Shown one piece after another: positions 24,368 to 34,584 of a DNA stretch of 64,000 nucleotides. Both the position numbers and the translations under genes were made by a program. The stretch is from an uncultured archaeon (GTDB lineage: Archaea > Thermoplasmatota > Thermoplasmata > Thermoplasmatales > Thermoplasmataceae), in contig CP009479.1 of assembly GCA_000965745.1 (NCBI GenBank), positions 352,001 to 416,000 on the forward strand, in the 5' to 3' direction. The notes under the pieces were generated by a model, which was not told the origin of the DNA, made no database searches, and was given only the letters and a program-made list of their open reading frames with translations. The first letter of the stretch is position 1. The number at the start of each line of letters is the position of its first letter.

Positions 24368-25028
24368 AATCCCCCTCTTTAAAACCCGACCCTCTGTGAC
24401 CTGCAAGATGTTCAAGGAGCAATCGTGCCCATTTGAGCTTTTTTTTCTTCACAGCAGGGTCTGATAGCTTTTCGGGATTTGGCCTGTCGAAATGAAAACC
24501 TGCCAGGATTATACCATCAGCACCGAAATGGTCAGCCAGAAATGCAGCCCTGTCCCCGTCGGTAAAACCGCCAAAATTGAATATGTTCCAGAGCGGTATG
24601 TTCTGGGTCGTTCCCACGAAAGTTCCTCCCGCAACTAGATCGAGGTTTTCCACTTCGCGCATATTGTCTCCGTGTGAGTGTATCACAACAGTGCTGCCCT
24701 GCGAAGCACAGGACATTATTTTGCCAATGTTTCCGTCCAGGTCGGTGACTATTATGTCAGGGCAGGGTTCAGCCTCGAGGAATGCCCCCAGAGCTGAGTC
24801 AGCCACAATTCTCAATCCAACTGGAATGCTGCCTAGTATGCTTCTGAGATTTTCACCATTTCCTATAACAACTGCCTTTTTGCCCTTTATTCGAACAAGA
24901 GGGGCCACAGTCGATTTATCACTTAGAATGGAAGAAAGTTTCAATGAGGAAAGATAATCCAGGCGCGGATCAAAAGAAAAATCGCTGATTATTCCCGAAT
25001 AGAAGCTCCACCAGTCTTTCAGGTTCAT
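24354..25028 (-). CDS. mptE: 6-hydroxymethyl-7,8-dihydropterin pyrophosphokinase (MptE-like)
   Basis: IVTDLDG, HSHGDN, NFGGFTDGDRA, KKKKLKWA. Confidence 0.9.
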   Translation of the reverse strand: MNLKDWWSFYSGIISDFSFDPRLDYLSSLKLSSILSDKSTVAPLVRIKGKKAVVIGNGENLRSILGSIPVGLRIVADSALGAFLEAEPCPDIIVTDLDGNIGKIMSCASQGSTVVIHSHGDNMREVENLDLVAGGTFVGTTQNIPLWNIFNFGGFTDGDRAAFLADHFGADGIILAGFHFDRPNPEKLSDPAVKKKKLKWARLLLEHLAGHRGSGFKEGDFIEI

Positions 25029-26206
25029 TTCTCGTCAAAGAAGCTGGAGTTTCCGGACGATCCTACAGACCTTGACTCCCCTGACTGGCCATAATACTTG
25101 TGGACCATAGAGGAAAGCATTGCTATGACAAGTCCCATAACAAGGAAGAAAACGCTCACAATGGCATACGAGAACGTGATGAATCCCAGTATGAACCTTA
25201 TGTAGTTGATCATGCCGTACACAATGAACGCTATTGACAGTGAGAACATTAGGCCATACCAGATGCGCTGTATTCCTGCTTTCTTGGATGATGCCATATC
25301 TACTGCTGTTCCCACCTCTCTCGCGAATACAGCGGCGTATATCCACCACGTAAAAAGCGACAGAAATATCAGGAGCCCGTCAAGTGCGGAGTGGTCAGTC
25401 CTTCTTGCAATTGCGAAGCTGGATGCCAGTCCTGCGAATATGAGCATTGAGGAAATTACGTAGGAAAGGAAAAGGATCCTGGTTTCCTGGGCATACTCAC
25501 GCACTGACCCAAGAAGCTTCTTCGCGAATTTTCCAAGCTCAAAGCCTCTTTCAACGAAGTACGCGCCAAGGACAATCGTGACAAATGTCACTGCACCTAA
25601 GCTGGGGTCAACAAACTGGACCTTCGCAGCAAATATTGAGTAAAGTATGAAACCGAGTGATACCACACCATAAGTCAGGAAAACAAGACCTAGCGGGATT
25701 ATGAACTTGTTGACAAGCTTCTTGTCCTTCAATCCACGAACTATGTAGTAATACAGCGACTCTATGTTCTGGTTGTGCCTGACCATTATGTGCTTTACAT
25801 ACCTGATCTTGATCCTTGATACTATCACAGGAACTATGTAATCATCTTCTGCACCATCGGTTACAAGAATAAGATCATCAAAAGTTCCTTGCTGAAGCAT
25901 TTCCTCCAGCTGGGCGCTTAGTATTTCATCCGAATGCGTTCCAACGTCAACATCTCCGGTTATCAGGCCGATGTCAACGTCCTTGCCCTGCCTCTGCAGT
26001 TCCTCGTAATGCCTTATTGCACCGAAAAGCGCGTTTGCATCGGAATCCTCAGGGTCGCTGGTAATAAGTTTGATTGCAGCGTTATAGCACTCAGCGTAGC
26101 CAAGGATGGGACCTGTTATTCCCACCTTCTCCCCGTAGTCGTTATCCCGGTCCACGTTAAGTATGAGTGTTCTCATATAGATCTGCTGTTCAGCGCCTGC
26201 TTTCAC
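25025..26206 (-). CDS. DUF373 family membrane protein
   Basis: VDRDND, DPEDSDANA, TDGAED plus C-terminal TM helices. Confidence 0.88.
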   Translation of the reverse strand: MKAGAEQQIYMRTLILNVDRDNDYGEKVGITGPILGYAECYNAAIKLITSDPEDSDANALFGAIRHYEELQRQGKDVDIGLITGDVDVGTHSDEILSAQLEEMLQQGTFDDLILVTDGAEDDYIVPVIVSRIKIRYVKHIMVRHNQNIESLYYYIVRGLKDKKLVNKFIIPLGLVFLTYGVVSLGFILYSIFAAKVQFVDPSLGAVTFVTIVLGAYFVERGFELGKFAKKLLGSVREYAQETRILFLSYVISSMLIFAGLASSFAIARRTDHSALDGLLIFLSLFTWWIYAAVFAREVGTAVDMASSKKAGIQRIWYGLMFSLSIAFIVYGMINYIRFILGFITFSYAIVSVFFLVMGLVIAMLSSMVHKYYGQSGESRSVGSSGNSSFFDEK

Positions 26207-26423
26207 TGTATCAGTGTTAATAGGTATTTAGGCTTTATTGATTGCATTATGTCATACAATCCTACCTACACACTGCAGGATGACAGGCGGTAAATTTAAC
26301 ATATAATTTCAGAATATAAAGATATTGAAGTTTTGAATAATTCAAAGATCGTGCTTCTCAAAGCTTGAAATGCAACGAAATGACGAGTTTATCTGATTTT
26401 ACAGCGAAACACTGGCGCGACCC

Positions 26424-26639
26424 TTATTTTATCACATAGTAGCCTGCGCTTTTCTGCCTTGCTACCCTTTTTATGTAACCGTTTTTCTGCAGCTCCTGGA
26501 GAGATGAGGACACTATCCCCTTTCCAAGAGAAGCTGATTTCATAATATCGTCTGCTGTCTTCAGTTTGTCTTCTGAGACAGCGCCTATCTTCTTCATTGC
26601 CTCATATATCTTCTTAGTGTTTGCTGACATTTCCCCCAT
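26424..26639 (-). CDS. Small basic winged-helix DNA-binding protein
   Basis: 71 aa, HTH-wing pattern (LQELQKNGYIKRVAR). Confidence 0.75.
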   Translation of the reverse strand: MGEMSANTKKIYEAMKKIGAVSEDKLKTADDIMKSASLGKGIVSSSLQELQKNGYIKRVARQKSAGYYVIK

Positions 26640-26947
26640 TTATTTACCTTTTTTAATATCACAATGTGTTATTTATTTGTTTATTGATGAAACTTCCCAG
26701 TTAAGCCCGCAGGCTCAGCAATCGACAAAAAACTGTTGCCGGAACTCAGTTCAGGGTTAAAAAACACATATATTTTTAAGGCAATTCGGTTCATGATGGT
26801 TGGATGCACACTGTCTCCCTGGCAGAATGAGTGCTAGAGCCCCAATAGCTTATCCTTATCATCATTTCTGCTTCATTTCGTCAATTGTTGAAATGAACAT
26901 CGTTAATTTTTATATAGTACCTGAATCTTCCACAATTAGGTGCATTA

Positions 26948-28003
26948 ATGTCAGGCATAGTATCGTACGGCTCCTACATCCCAAAGTACAGAATAAGGCC
27001 CGAGGAAATTGCGAGGGTCTGGGGAGAGGACGCCGAGAAGATAAAGAACGGAATATACGTTATAAGCAAATCAGTCCCATCCCCGGACGAGGATGTGGCC
27101 ACCATCTCAGTGGAAGCTGCAAGAAATGCGCTTAAAAGGAGGCCGATTAACCCGAAGCACATAGGGGCCATATACATAGGTTCCGAGTCCCATCCTTATG
27201 CTGTCAAGCCAACCGCGACGATCGTTGCTTCCGCATTGGGCGCGGATTTCAACCTGTTTTCAGCTGATTATGAGTTTGCCTGCAAGGCAGGGACCGCAGG
27301 AATGCAGAATGTAAAGGCTATGGTTGATGCGGGAAATATCAGTTATGGAATCGCCATAGGTTCAGATACTTCACAAGGTGCCCCTGGAGACGTTCTAGAA
27401 TATACTGCTTCTGCTGGAGGCACTGCTTTTCTAATAGGAGGCGAAGACGTAATTGCTGAGATAAACCATACCGCATCTGTTACTTCAGATACTCCAGATT
27501 TCTGGAGAAGGGAGGGGCAGCCGTACCCTACCCATGGCGAAAGGTTTACAGGCGAGCCGGCTTACTTCAAGCATACAAGGGCTGCTGCAGCCAGAATAAT
27601 GGAGATGGCAGGCACCAAGCCCGAAGATTATGATTATGCCGTTTTCCACCAGCCAAATGGGAAATTCCCGACAAGAGTGGCCAAGATTCTTGGCTTCAGG
27701 GAGGAACAGTATAAGGATGGCCTTCTCACACCGGTTATTGGGAACACGTATTCGGGTGCTATGATGACCGGCCTTTCAGCAATACTGGACAAGGCAAAGT
27801 CAGGAGACAGGATACTTGCTGTTTCATTCGGCTCAGGTGCCGGATCAGACGGCTTTGACATTACCGTAACCGATGCCATTGGAAAAATGGACCGCCACGC
27901 TGCTCCAACAATACAGGATATGCTGGACAATGTGAAATGGGTCGACTACTCGATCTATGCGAAGTTCAAGAAGAAGATAGTAGTGGGTGAGAATATTGCG
28001 TGA
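26948..28003 (+). CDS. mvaS: Hydroxymethylglutaryl-CoA synthase
   Basis: [36 protein letters not shown]. Confidence 0.95.
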   Translation: MSGIVSYGSYIPKYRIRPEEIARVWGEDAEKIKNGIYVISKSVPSPDEDVATISVEAARNALKRRPINPKHIGAIYIGSESHPYAVKPTATIVASALGADFNLFSADYEFACKAGTAGMQNVKAMVDAGNISYGIAIGSDTSQGAPGDVLEYTASAGGTAFLIGGEDVIAEINHTASVTSDTPDFWRREGQPYPTHGERFTGEPAYFKHTRAAAARIMEMAGTKPEDYDYAVFHQPNGKFPTRVAKILGFREEQYKDGLLTPVIGNTYSGAMMTGLSAILDKAKSGDRILAVSFGSGAGSDGFDITVTDAIGKMDRHAAPTIQDMLDNVKWVDYSIYAKFKKKIVVGENIA

Positions 28004-29159
28004 TGTTTATATCATAGGTGCCGGAGAGACTAGGTACGGAGAGCTATGGGAGAGGTCACTGAGAGAGCTCGCCGTGGAGGCAGGCTTGAGAGCTATAGAG
28101 AATGCCGGCGTTTACAGCAGGGATGTTGAGATACTCTACGGGAGCAACAGCCTTGCGGGCATAATCAACGGGCAGGAGAATATCGGCTCGCTCATATCCG
28201 ATTTTGCCGGAATAGCGCATAACAACATTCCCGCTGTGAGAGTTGAAGCATCTTCTGCGTCCGGAGGGGCTGCATTAAGGGAAGCTTATCTAGCGATCAA
28301 GTCAGGGGAATACGACCTGATCATGGTAGGTGGGGTCGAGAAGATGACCGACATCTACGGCAATGAGCTCCTCAACATGATGGGTTCAATCCTTGACAGA
28401 GAGTGGGAATCCTTCTTTGGCGCAACCCCTGCCGCCATGGCTGCAATAGTGGCAAGGAAGTACATGAAGGACTTCAACGTGGAGAAGGAAGCGCTTTCGA
28501 TGATGTCCATCAATGACCATGAAAACGCATCAAAGAATCCAATGGCCCAGTACAAGAACAAGCTCACCCTCAAACAGGCCATGGGCGCAACAAACGTGGC
28601 AGAGCCGCTTACACTGATGGACTGCAGCCCGATAACGGACGGGGCATCCGCCATTCTGCTTGCCTCTGACAGATATATGAAAAAGAATAAGCTGGAAGGT
28701 GCAATGGTATTGGGGTCAGGCATCTCCCAGGATTACTTCGCCGTTCACAACCGGGAGTCGATATACACTCTCAATTCCGCGAAAATCGCAGCCAGGGAAG
28801 CTCTCAAGAAGGCGGGAAAAAAGCTTGACGACATATCACTCGTTGAGCTCCACGATTCCTACAGCATTTATGGGCTACTAGAGCTGGAGGATCTGGGATT
28901 CGCGGAAAAAGGGAAGGCCAAGCACCTTGTATATGAGGATATCAAGGCCGGAGGAAGAATCCCGGTAAACACTTCAGGGGGGCTTAAGGCCAAAGGATAT
29001 CCGCTCGGGGCGGTCGGTATATCCCAGGCAGTTGAGGCCTATGAACAGGTAATGGGAAAGGCTGGCCAGAGACAGTTGAAGAGTGTGGACTCCGTTCTTC
29101 TTCATAACATGGCAGGAACCGGCTCAACTTCCGTTGTCCATGTAATAGGAGGTGAATAA
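27987..29159 (+). CDS. Acetoacetyl-CoA thiolase family protein
   Basis: [31 protein letters not shown]; lies between HMGCS and DUF35. Confidence 0.92.
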   Translation: MRILRDVYIIGAGETRYGELWERSLRELAVEAGLRAIENAGVYSRDVEILYGSNSLAGIINGQENIGSLISDFAGIAHNNIPAVRVEASSASGGAALREAYLAIKSGEYDLIMVGGVEKMTDIYGNELLNMMGSILDREWESFFGATPAAMAAIVARKYMKDFNVEKEALSMMSINDHENASKNPMAQYKNKLTLKQAMGATNVAEPLTLMDCSPITDGASAILLASDRYMKKNKLEGAMVLGSGISQDYFAVHNRESIYTLNSAKIAAREALKKAGKKLDDISLVELHDSYSIYGLLELEDLGFAEKGKAKHLVYEDIKAGGRIPVNTSGGLKAKGYPLGAVGISQAVEAYEQVMGKAGQRQLKSVDSVLLHNMAGTGSTSVVHVIGGE

Positions 29160-29562
29160 TATGGGTGAGCTTTCAAGATTCTGGAGAGAGAGCGACCACC
29201 GGTACAGGCTGGTGGCCCACAAGTGCGGCAACTGCGACAGGGTTTACTTCCCGCCCAGGGATGTCTGCCCGACATGCCACAGGGAGTCCGTAGGCAAGAT
29301 GGAGCCCATAGACCTTTCAGGAAAAGGGGAAGTTGTCTCGTATACCGTTGTGCATGAAGCTCCAACCCCATTCACGAGACAGAAACCATACATCCTCGCC
29401 ATAATTAAACTGGATGAGGGCCCCTCTCTGACAGGACAGATAGTCGATTCCGATCCGGAGGAAGTGGATATGGGTAAGCGTGTCCACTCAGTTTTCAGGA
29501 AAGTCGCAGAAGACGGAAAGAGCGGAATAATACAGTATGGATACAAGTTTGTTCTTGACTGA
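29152..29562 (+). CDS. DUF35 Zn-ribbon/OB-fold scaffold protein
   Basis: CGNC..FPPRDVCPTC, YGYKF. Confidence 0.93.
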   Translation: MNNMGELSRFWRESDHRYRLVAHKCGNCDRVYFPPRDVCPTCHRESVGKMEPIDLSGKGEVVSYTVVHEAPTPFTRQKPYILAIIKLDEGPSLTGQIVDSDPEEVDMGKRVHSVFRKVAEDGKSGIIQYGYKFVLD

Positions 29563-29616
29563 TTTTTCTCAGTTCTTGAACAAACAAATTATATCCATCA
29601 ACCTTTTACTATATTT

Positions 29617-30099
29617 ATGACCAATAGGGCTTCAAAATACAGCAATGCCCTTGGCCTCTATGTCAATTGTGAGATCGACAACGGGTCAGTAAGCAGAGTG
29701 TTCGTCACCATGTCACCCCGGTTCGCGGAAGAAGGGAATGAAATTCTGGACAGGATATGCGAATACCTCTCTGGAGAAGCAGTTGACCTGTCTGATATCC
29801 CAATAGAGCCCCGGGGGACAGATTTCCAGAAGAAGGTGTGGTCAGCGCTCATGGATATCCCGAGAGGTGAGGTCCGGACATATTCTGAGATAGCAAGGGT
29901 TATTGGAAAACCAAAGGGTGCAAGGGCAGTTGGAAATGCCGTCGGATCAAACCACCTGTTGATTCTTGTCCCATGCCACAGGGTGGTCGCAAAACACGGG
30001 CTTGGGGGATTCTCTGCAGAAGGAGGCATTGAGACCAAGATGAAAATACTCGCCCTGGAAAAGGTACCTGCATCAGAAGTTGCAAAGATTGCCAGATAG
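29617..30099 (+). CDS. ogt: Methylated-DNA--protein-cysteine methyltransferase
   Basis: GTDFQKKVW, RAVGNA, VPCHRV. Confidence 0.95.
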   Translation: MTNRASKYSNALGLYVNCEIDNGSVSRVFVTMSPRFAEEGNEILDRICEYLSGEAVDLSDIPIEPRGTDFQKKVWSALMDIPRGEVRTYSEIARVIGKPKGARAVGNAVGSNHLLILVPCHRVVAKHGLGGFSAEGGIETKMKILALEKVPASEVAKIAR

Positions 30100-30206
30100 G
30101 ATACTTTGGCTTTTTTCCTTGCTGGGCGTAATTCTGAAACCATCCCGCCATCTTATGATAGACTATCATTGGTAATGTTTTTGTACCGCTCGGTGATGTT
30201 TGGGCA

Positions 30207-31217
30207 ATGGATGATCAGGGCCGGGACGATGGTTTCATTTTCGATGCTTATCCTGAAATGGTGCCCTCAGGGCCATCGACATGGGAGAAGTTTTTCACTT
30301 TCCTTGTCTACATTACCTTTGCAACCGCCTTCATTTTCCTGGTAATGAGCATTTTCTTTACACTGGACCCTTCCTGGGGATCAAGCCTTACACAGCCAGT
30401 CAACCCGTTCATATTCATTCTCCTTATCGTTTTGTCGTTCCCTCAGGTTTCACTTTTATCAATTTTTGTGGTGATGTTCATACTCTACCTGATTTTCTTC
30501 TCATCGATGGTGTATGAGAACAGAAGAGAAAGAAAGAAGAAACTGCTTGACACGCCAATAGGATATTTCATCGCCGCAGCTACCGCGGTTGAAGTAGTAG
30601 TCGTGATTATCACCCTTCTTGAGCATTACTTCGGAACTCCAATCGGAGGAGGCGGGATAGATACTGAACTGAAGAACAACCCTCTTCTTGGCTACATGAG
30701 CCTCATATATGCACCGTTTGTTGAAGAGCTTGGGTTCAGGATCCTTCCGCTTGGAATATTTAGCGCCCTGCTCGTCTTATTTTCCATAAGGACCAGAGGG
30801 GAACATGCACCTGAAAGCATGAGAGACACCCTTCTGGCGATCATCCTGCCCGGGCACATAAGGAGAAAGTATGATCTCCCGCTCAGAGGTGCGGACTGGG
30901 TCCTCATTATCATTACAAGCATAATCTTTGGATATGCGCACATATTCTTTGGCGGATGGGATTGGGGCAAATTCATTCCGGTTTTCATAACGGGAATCGC
31001 ACTCGCAATTGGTTTCCTGAAATTCGGTGCCTATGTGGATATACCTTTCCACTGGTTCTTCAACGGTTTCCTCACCCTTTATAATATTGAGCCTTCACTT
31101 TACGGGGCAACAAACCTGCTTGTCATCTGGCTCCTTTTTGTTGGTGTTGTCAGCATCATTTCAATACTCATGTATGCGAGGGAAAGGCTCCGAAGGGGCG
31201 GGACCGCACCTGCTTAA
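30207..31217 (+). CDS. CPBP/CAAX family intramembrane metalloprotease
   Basis: APFVEELGFR, FGYAH, HWFFN; multiple TM segments. Confidence 0.88.
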   Translation: MDDQGRDDGFIFDAYPEMVPSGPSTWEKFFTFLVYITFATAFIFLVMSIFFTLDPSWGSSLTQPVNPFIFILLIVLSFPQVSLLSIFVVMFILYLIFFSSMVYENRRERKKKLLDTPIGYFIAAATAVEVVVVIITLLEHYFGTPIGGGGIDTELKNNPLLGYMSLIYAPFVEELGFRILPLGIFSALLVLFSIRTRGEHAPESMRDTLLAIILPGHIRRKYDLPLRGADWVLIIITSIIFGYAHIFFGGWDWGKFIPVFITGIALAIGFLKFGAYVDIPFHWFFNGFLTLYNIEPSLYGATNLLVIWLLFVGVVSIISILMYARERLRRGGTAPA

Positions 31218-31831
31218 CTCTTTCTGATTACCCTTTTTCCCTTTATTTCATAATTTCCATCCAGCACGAGTCCTACAGAATATACAAGGGCTTCATGCTC
31301 AACTGGATGTATCCGGTCTGCAAGTGATTCGGGCGTGTCATCATCCGCTACCTGAACAGTTCTCTGTTCGAGTATAGGGCCCCCGTCGACTTCTGCCGAG
31401 GTAAAATGAACTGTGCATCCTGAGATCCGTGCACCACTTTCCAGCACCGCTTCGTGCACCTTTGACCCGTAGAAGCCTTTCCCGCCAAAGCATGGGAGCA
31501 GGGATGGGTGGATATTGATTATCATGTTCTCGAACTTCCTGATGAATTCATCCGGAAGAATTTTCATGAATCCGCCTAGAACTATGAGGTCAGCGGACGA
31601 GTCTTCAATGAGCTTAGCTATAGTGTCGAAGTAAGTACCCCTGTTTTTGGCTGTTCTCGGGAACTCGACCGCGTTGATCCCATGATTTCTTGCCCTCGTA
31701 AGTGCGTATGCGTTTACGCGATCTGAAATTACAATGCTGATTTCAGCTTGCAGAATACCGGACTCGACAGCATCAATGACCGCCTGGAGATTTGTTCCGT
31801 TTCCCGAAGCCAGGAAAGCCAGTTTTTTCAT
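31214..31831 (-). CDS. purN: Phosphoribosylglycinamide formyltransferase
   Basis: LASGNGTNLQA, NIHPSLLP, SGCTVHF, DGGPI; start placed at MKKLAF. Confidence 0.95.
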   Translation of the reverse strand: MKKLAFLASGNGTNLQAVIDAVESGILQAEISIVISDRVNAYALTRARNHGINAVEFPRTAKNRGTYFDTIAKLIEDSSADLIVLGGFMKILPDEFIRKFENMIINIHPSLLPCFGGKGFYGSKVHEAVLESGARISGCTVHFTSAEVDGGPILEQRTVQVADDDTPESLADRIHPVEHEALVYSVGLVLDGNYEIKGKRVIRKS

Positions 31832-31936
31832 TACAGTTAGCTTATATGCGGATAAAGATAATAGTTTGTAATTCCAAGGAATGGTTAATATAAAAGAAGC
31901 AATGCTCATATTGACTTTCAAACAGAGTGTCTTCAA

Positions 31937-32893
31937 ATGCTAGATATATGGATTGAAAAATACAGGCCAAAGAATCTCTCTGAAATCCATGGCCAGAAAG
32001 AAAACATACAGAAACTGAAATCATTCGTCAATGCTAAGGAGCTGCCGCACCTCATATTTGCAGGGCCGGCAGGTACCGGAAAGACATCAGCGGCGCTTGC
32101 ACTTTCAATCGAGCTGTTCGGAGAAAACTACAAGGAGAACCTTCTTGAACTCAACGCATCAAACGAGCGCGGAATAGACGTAATCAGGGAAAATGTGAAG
32201 GATTTTGCAAGGATAAAGCCTTCCAACGAGCTTGGCTTCAAGATCATATTCCTTGATGAAGCTGACCAGCTTACCTCAGAAGCGCAGGCTGCCCTAAGGA
32301 GGACCATGGAGCTCTACTCCTCAACCACACGTTTCATATTTTCGTGCAACTACTCCTCGCAGATCATCCCGCCGATCCAGTCGAGGACTGTAGTTATGAG
32401 GTTCAGGCCGCTAATCCCGGACCAGATGAAAAGCAGGCTAAATGATATTGCCAGGAAGGAGGACTTCACAATTGACGAGGATTCGCTAACGGCGATTACA
32501 GAGATCTCTGAAGGTGATATGAGGAAGGCCCTGAACATACTTCAGGCAATATACTCGTCCGGCGAAGTTTCCGCGAGAAGGATCTATGAGATTGCAGGAT
32601 ATGCACAGCCCTCCGACTTCAAGAAACTTCTTTCAACTTCGATTTCAGGCCTGTTTGATGAAGCACGTGCAGTACTTGACAGGATGCTCATTGAAGACGG
32701 CCTCTCAGGCATGGATATCGTAAAGGGCCTCCACTCCTATGTAAGGAAAGAGCCGATAGCCCCGAGGCAGAAGATAGAGATCATAATGGCTCTAGCAGAA
32801 GCTGAATTCAGGATTGTAGAGGGTTCCAGCGACAACATACAGCTTGATGCTCTTCTCGCCAAGATTGCATACATAGGCAACGAATACAGCTAA
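31937..32893 (+). CDS. rfcS: Replication factor C small subunit
   Basis: WIEKYRP, GPAGTGKT, ELNASNERG, DEAD, IQSR. Confidence 0.96.
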   Translation: MLDIWIEKYRPKNLSEIHGQKENIQKLKSFVNAKELPHLIFAGPAGTGKTSAALALSIELFGENYKENLLELNASNERGIDVIRENVKDFARIKPSNELGFKIIFLDEADQLTSEAQAALRRTMELYSSTTRFIFSCNYSSQIIPPIQSRTVVMRFRPLIPDQMKSRLNDIARKEDFTIDEDSLTAITEISEGDMRKALNILQAIYSSGEVSARRIYEIAGYAQPSDFKKLLSTSISGLFDEARAVLDRMLIEDGLSGMDIVKGLHSYVRKEPIAPRQKIEIIMALAEAEFRIVEGSSDNIQLDALLAKIAYIGNEYS

Positions 32894-32902
32894 CCGGAAC
32901 AT

Positions 32903-34498
32903 CTATTCAAAATCGAAGAGGTCCATTTTTTCCTTCTTCTTTGGTTCGGCTCTTTTCTTTGGCTTTTCGGGTTCGTATGTGGTTTCATACCTCTTTATGT
33001 TGGATTTCATGCTGGTCTCCTTCCTGAGGCTTGAATAATAATAGCCTGTGTCCCTTGAACCTTCGTACAGGAGGATGAAGACGTCACCGGCATGTTTTCT
33101 TCCCGTCCTTCCACGGCGCTGTATTGACCTTATCTCAGAAGGAACGGGCTCATAGAAAATCACACGGTCTGTGCTTGGGATGTCAAGCCCCTCTTCAGCG
33201 ACGCTTGTGGCAACCAGAACGTTGTATTTTCCCTGCCTGAAGTCATTGAGTATCTCTTCCTGCATCTTCTGGTTCATACCTTCGTCATCCTCCTTGCTTG
33301 CCTGCCCCACGAACCTCACAGGACGGATGTGGCTGGAATTTTCCTTGAAGTATGACGTAAGGATGTCAGATGTTTTCCTGAAGTGGGTAAATACTATTAT
33401 CCTTGATTCGGGGTTCTGTGACAGAACCTCCTCGCTGAGGTCCATTGCCGCCTTCATCTTGGGGCTCGATTTCTCTGTCTCCACACAACTCCTCAGTTTC
33501 GTCATGAGTATCTCAAAGTCATCGCTGTTCCTAAGAAGGGTGGCAGTCCGCTTCAGGGTCTTTTCCTCACTGTTCAGTATGCTCATGATGTAGTCATAGG
33601 CGATCTGGACTCCCTGGCTTTCGAGGTATTCTATGGCATAATCTATCCGAATGGCTGCAGATAGGTATGGTATGAAGGAGAACAGGGCTTTCTCTCCCGC
33701 CTTGGCCCTTTCTATGAGATCGGGAATTTTTGACGCCAGAACCTTTCTGGACATGTTTGTCGACCTCAGTATCTGATGGGACTTCAGTTTGTTTACAAGC
33801 TGGTTGAAGAGAGCCTTCAGGTATGGCGAGGTATCTGTGACGCTTTTGGGCAGCCTGATCTTGACAACGTTTAGTTTGATCTCATTTACGTATTTCTTGA
33901 CATCAGGTGAATTCTCATCCTTGATCAGGACTTTCTCTATACCCAGCGCCTTGGTCACCTCATCGAATTTCTTCCTGTCACCTCCCGGGCTTGCAGTGAT
34001 GGCAAGTATGAGCCTCTTCCTGGCTTCCAGGTAACTCGAGGCTACGTGGACATAGGCATAATTTCCTGTTGCCCTGTGTGCCTCGTCAAAAACAATTATC
34101 CCGAACTTGGAAATATCAACTGTGCCGTTCCTGAGGTCATTGCTCACAACCTGTGGTGTTGAGACGACCACCTTCGAGGAGACCCATTTTATGAGCCTGT
34201 CCTCGTTGTCGACTTCCCCTGTGAACTTGGTTATCTCGTTTTCATTGAGAGAGAGCAGCTTCTTCATGGTTTCATAGTGCTGCCCAACCAGTGGCTTGGT
34301 TGGAGCCATGAAAAGTGCCTTTCCTGAACCTTCCTCAAGAATTTTCGCTATGACCATTGCTGCAATTATGGTCTTTCCCAGTCCTGTTGGAAGCACAATA
34401 AGCGTATTCTGGTTCACCGCTTCATCATAAAGATTGGTCTGGTATTCCCTTGGCTCTATGACTTTTTTAGACAGAAGCGGGTTGTCCACACCCTTCAA
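32903..34498 (-). CDS. hef: Hef/FANCM-like SF2 helicase (no C-terminal XPF nuclease domain)
   Basis: PREYQ, LPTGLGKT, DEAH, TASPG, QRRGRTGR. Confidence 0.9.
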   Translation of the reverse strand: MKGVDNPLLSKKVIEPREYQTNLYDEAVNQNTLIVLPTGLGKTIIAAMVIAKILEEGSGKALFMAPTKPLVGQHYETMKKLLSLNENEITKFTGEVDNEDRLIKWVSSKVVVSTPQVVSNDLRNGTVDISKFGIIVFDEAHRATGNYAYVHVASSYLEARKRLILAITASPGGDRKKFDEVTKALGIEKVLIKDENSPDVKKYVNEIKLNVVKIRLPKSVTDTSPYLKALFNQLVNKLKSHQILRSTNMSRKVLASKIPDLIERAKAGEKALFSFIPYLSAAIRIDYAIEYLESQGVQIAYDYIMSILNSEEKTLKRTATLLRNSDDFEILMTKLRSCVETEKSSPKMKAAMDLSEEVLSQNPESRIIVFTHFRKTSDILTSYFKENSSHIRPVRFVGQASKEDDEGMNQKMQEEILNDFRQGKYNVLVATSVAEEGLDIPSTDRVIFYEPVPSEIRSIQRRGRTGRKHAGDVFILLYEGSRDTGYYYSSLRKETSMKSNIKRYETTYEPEKPKKRAEPKKKEKMDLFDFE

Positions 34499-34584
34499 TG
34501 TTCACTAAATATAAAAATTAGTCAGATAGGTTCTGACTAATGAAGGGAACCTTATAATACCCTCATTTGTATTAATTACTGATT

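Noticed and set aside
23714-25028. comB/mptE as evidence of methanogenesis
   Set aside because: Both families occur in non-methanogenic archaea, and no other methanogenesis genes are present.
31832-31936. N-terminal extension of purN in the ORF track
   Set aside because: Homology begins at MKKLAF (31831); the stretch is more likely the divergent purN/rfcS promoter region.
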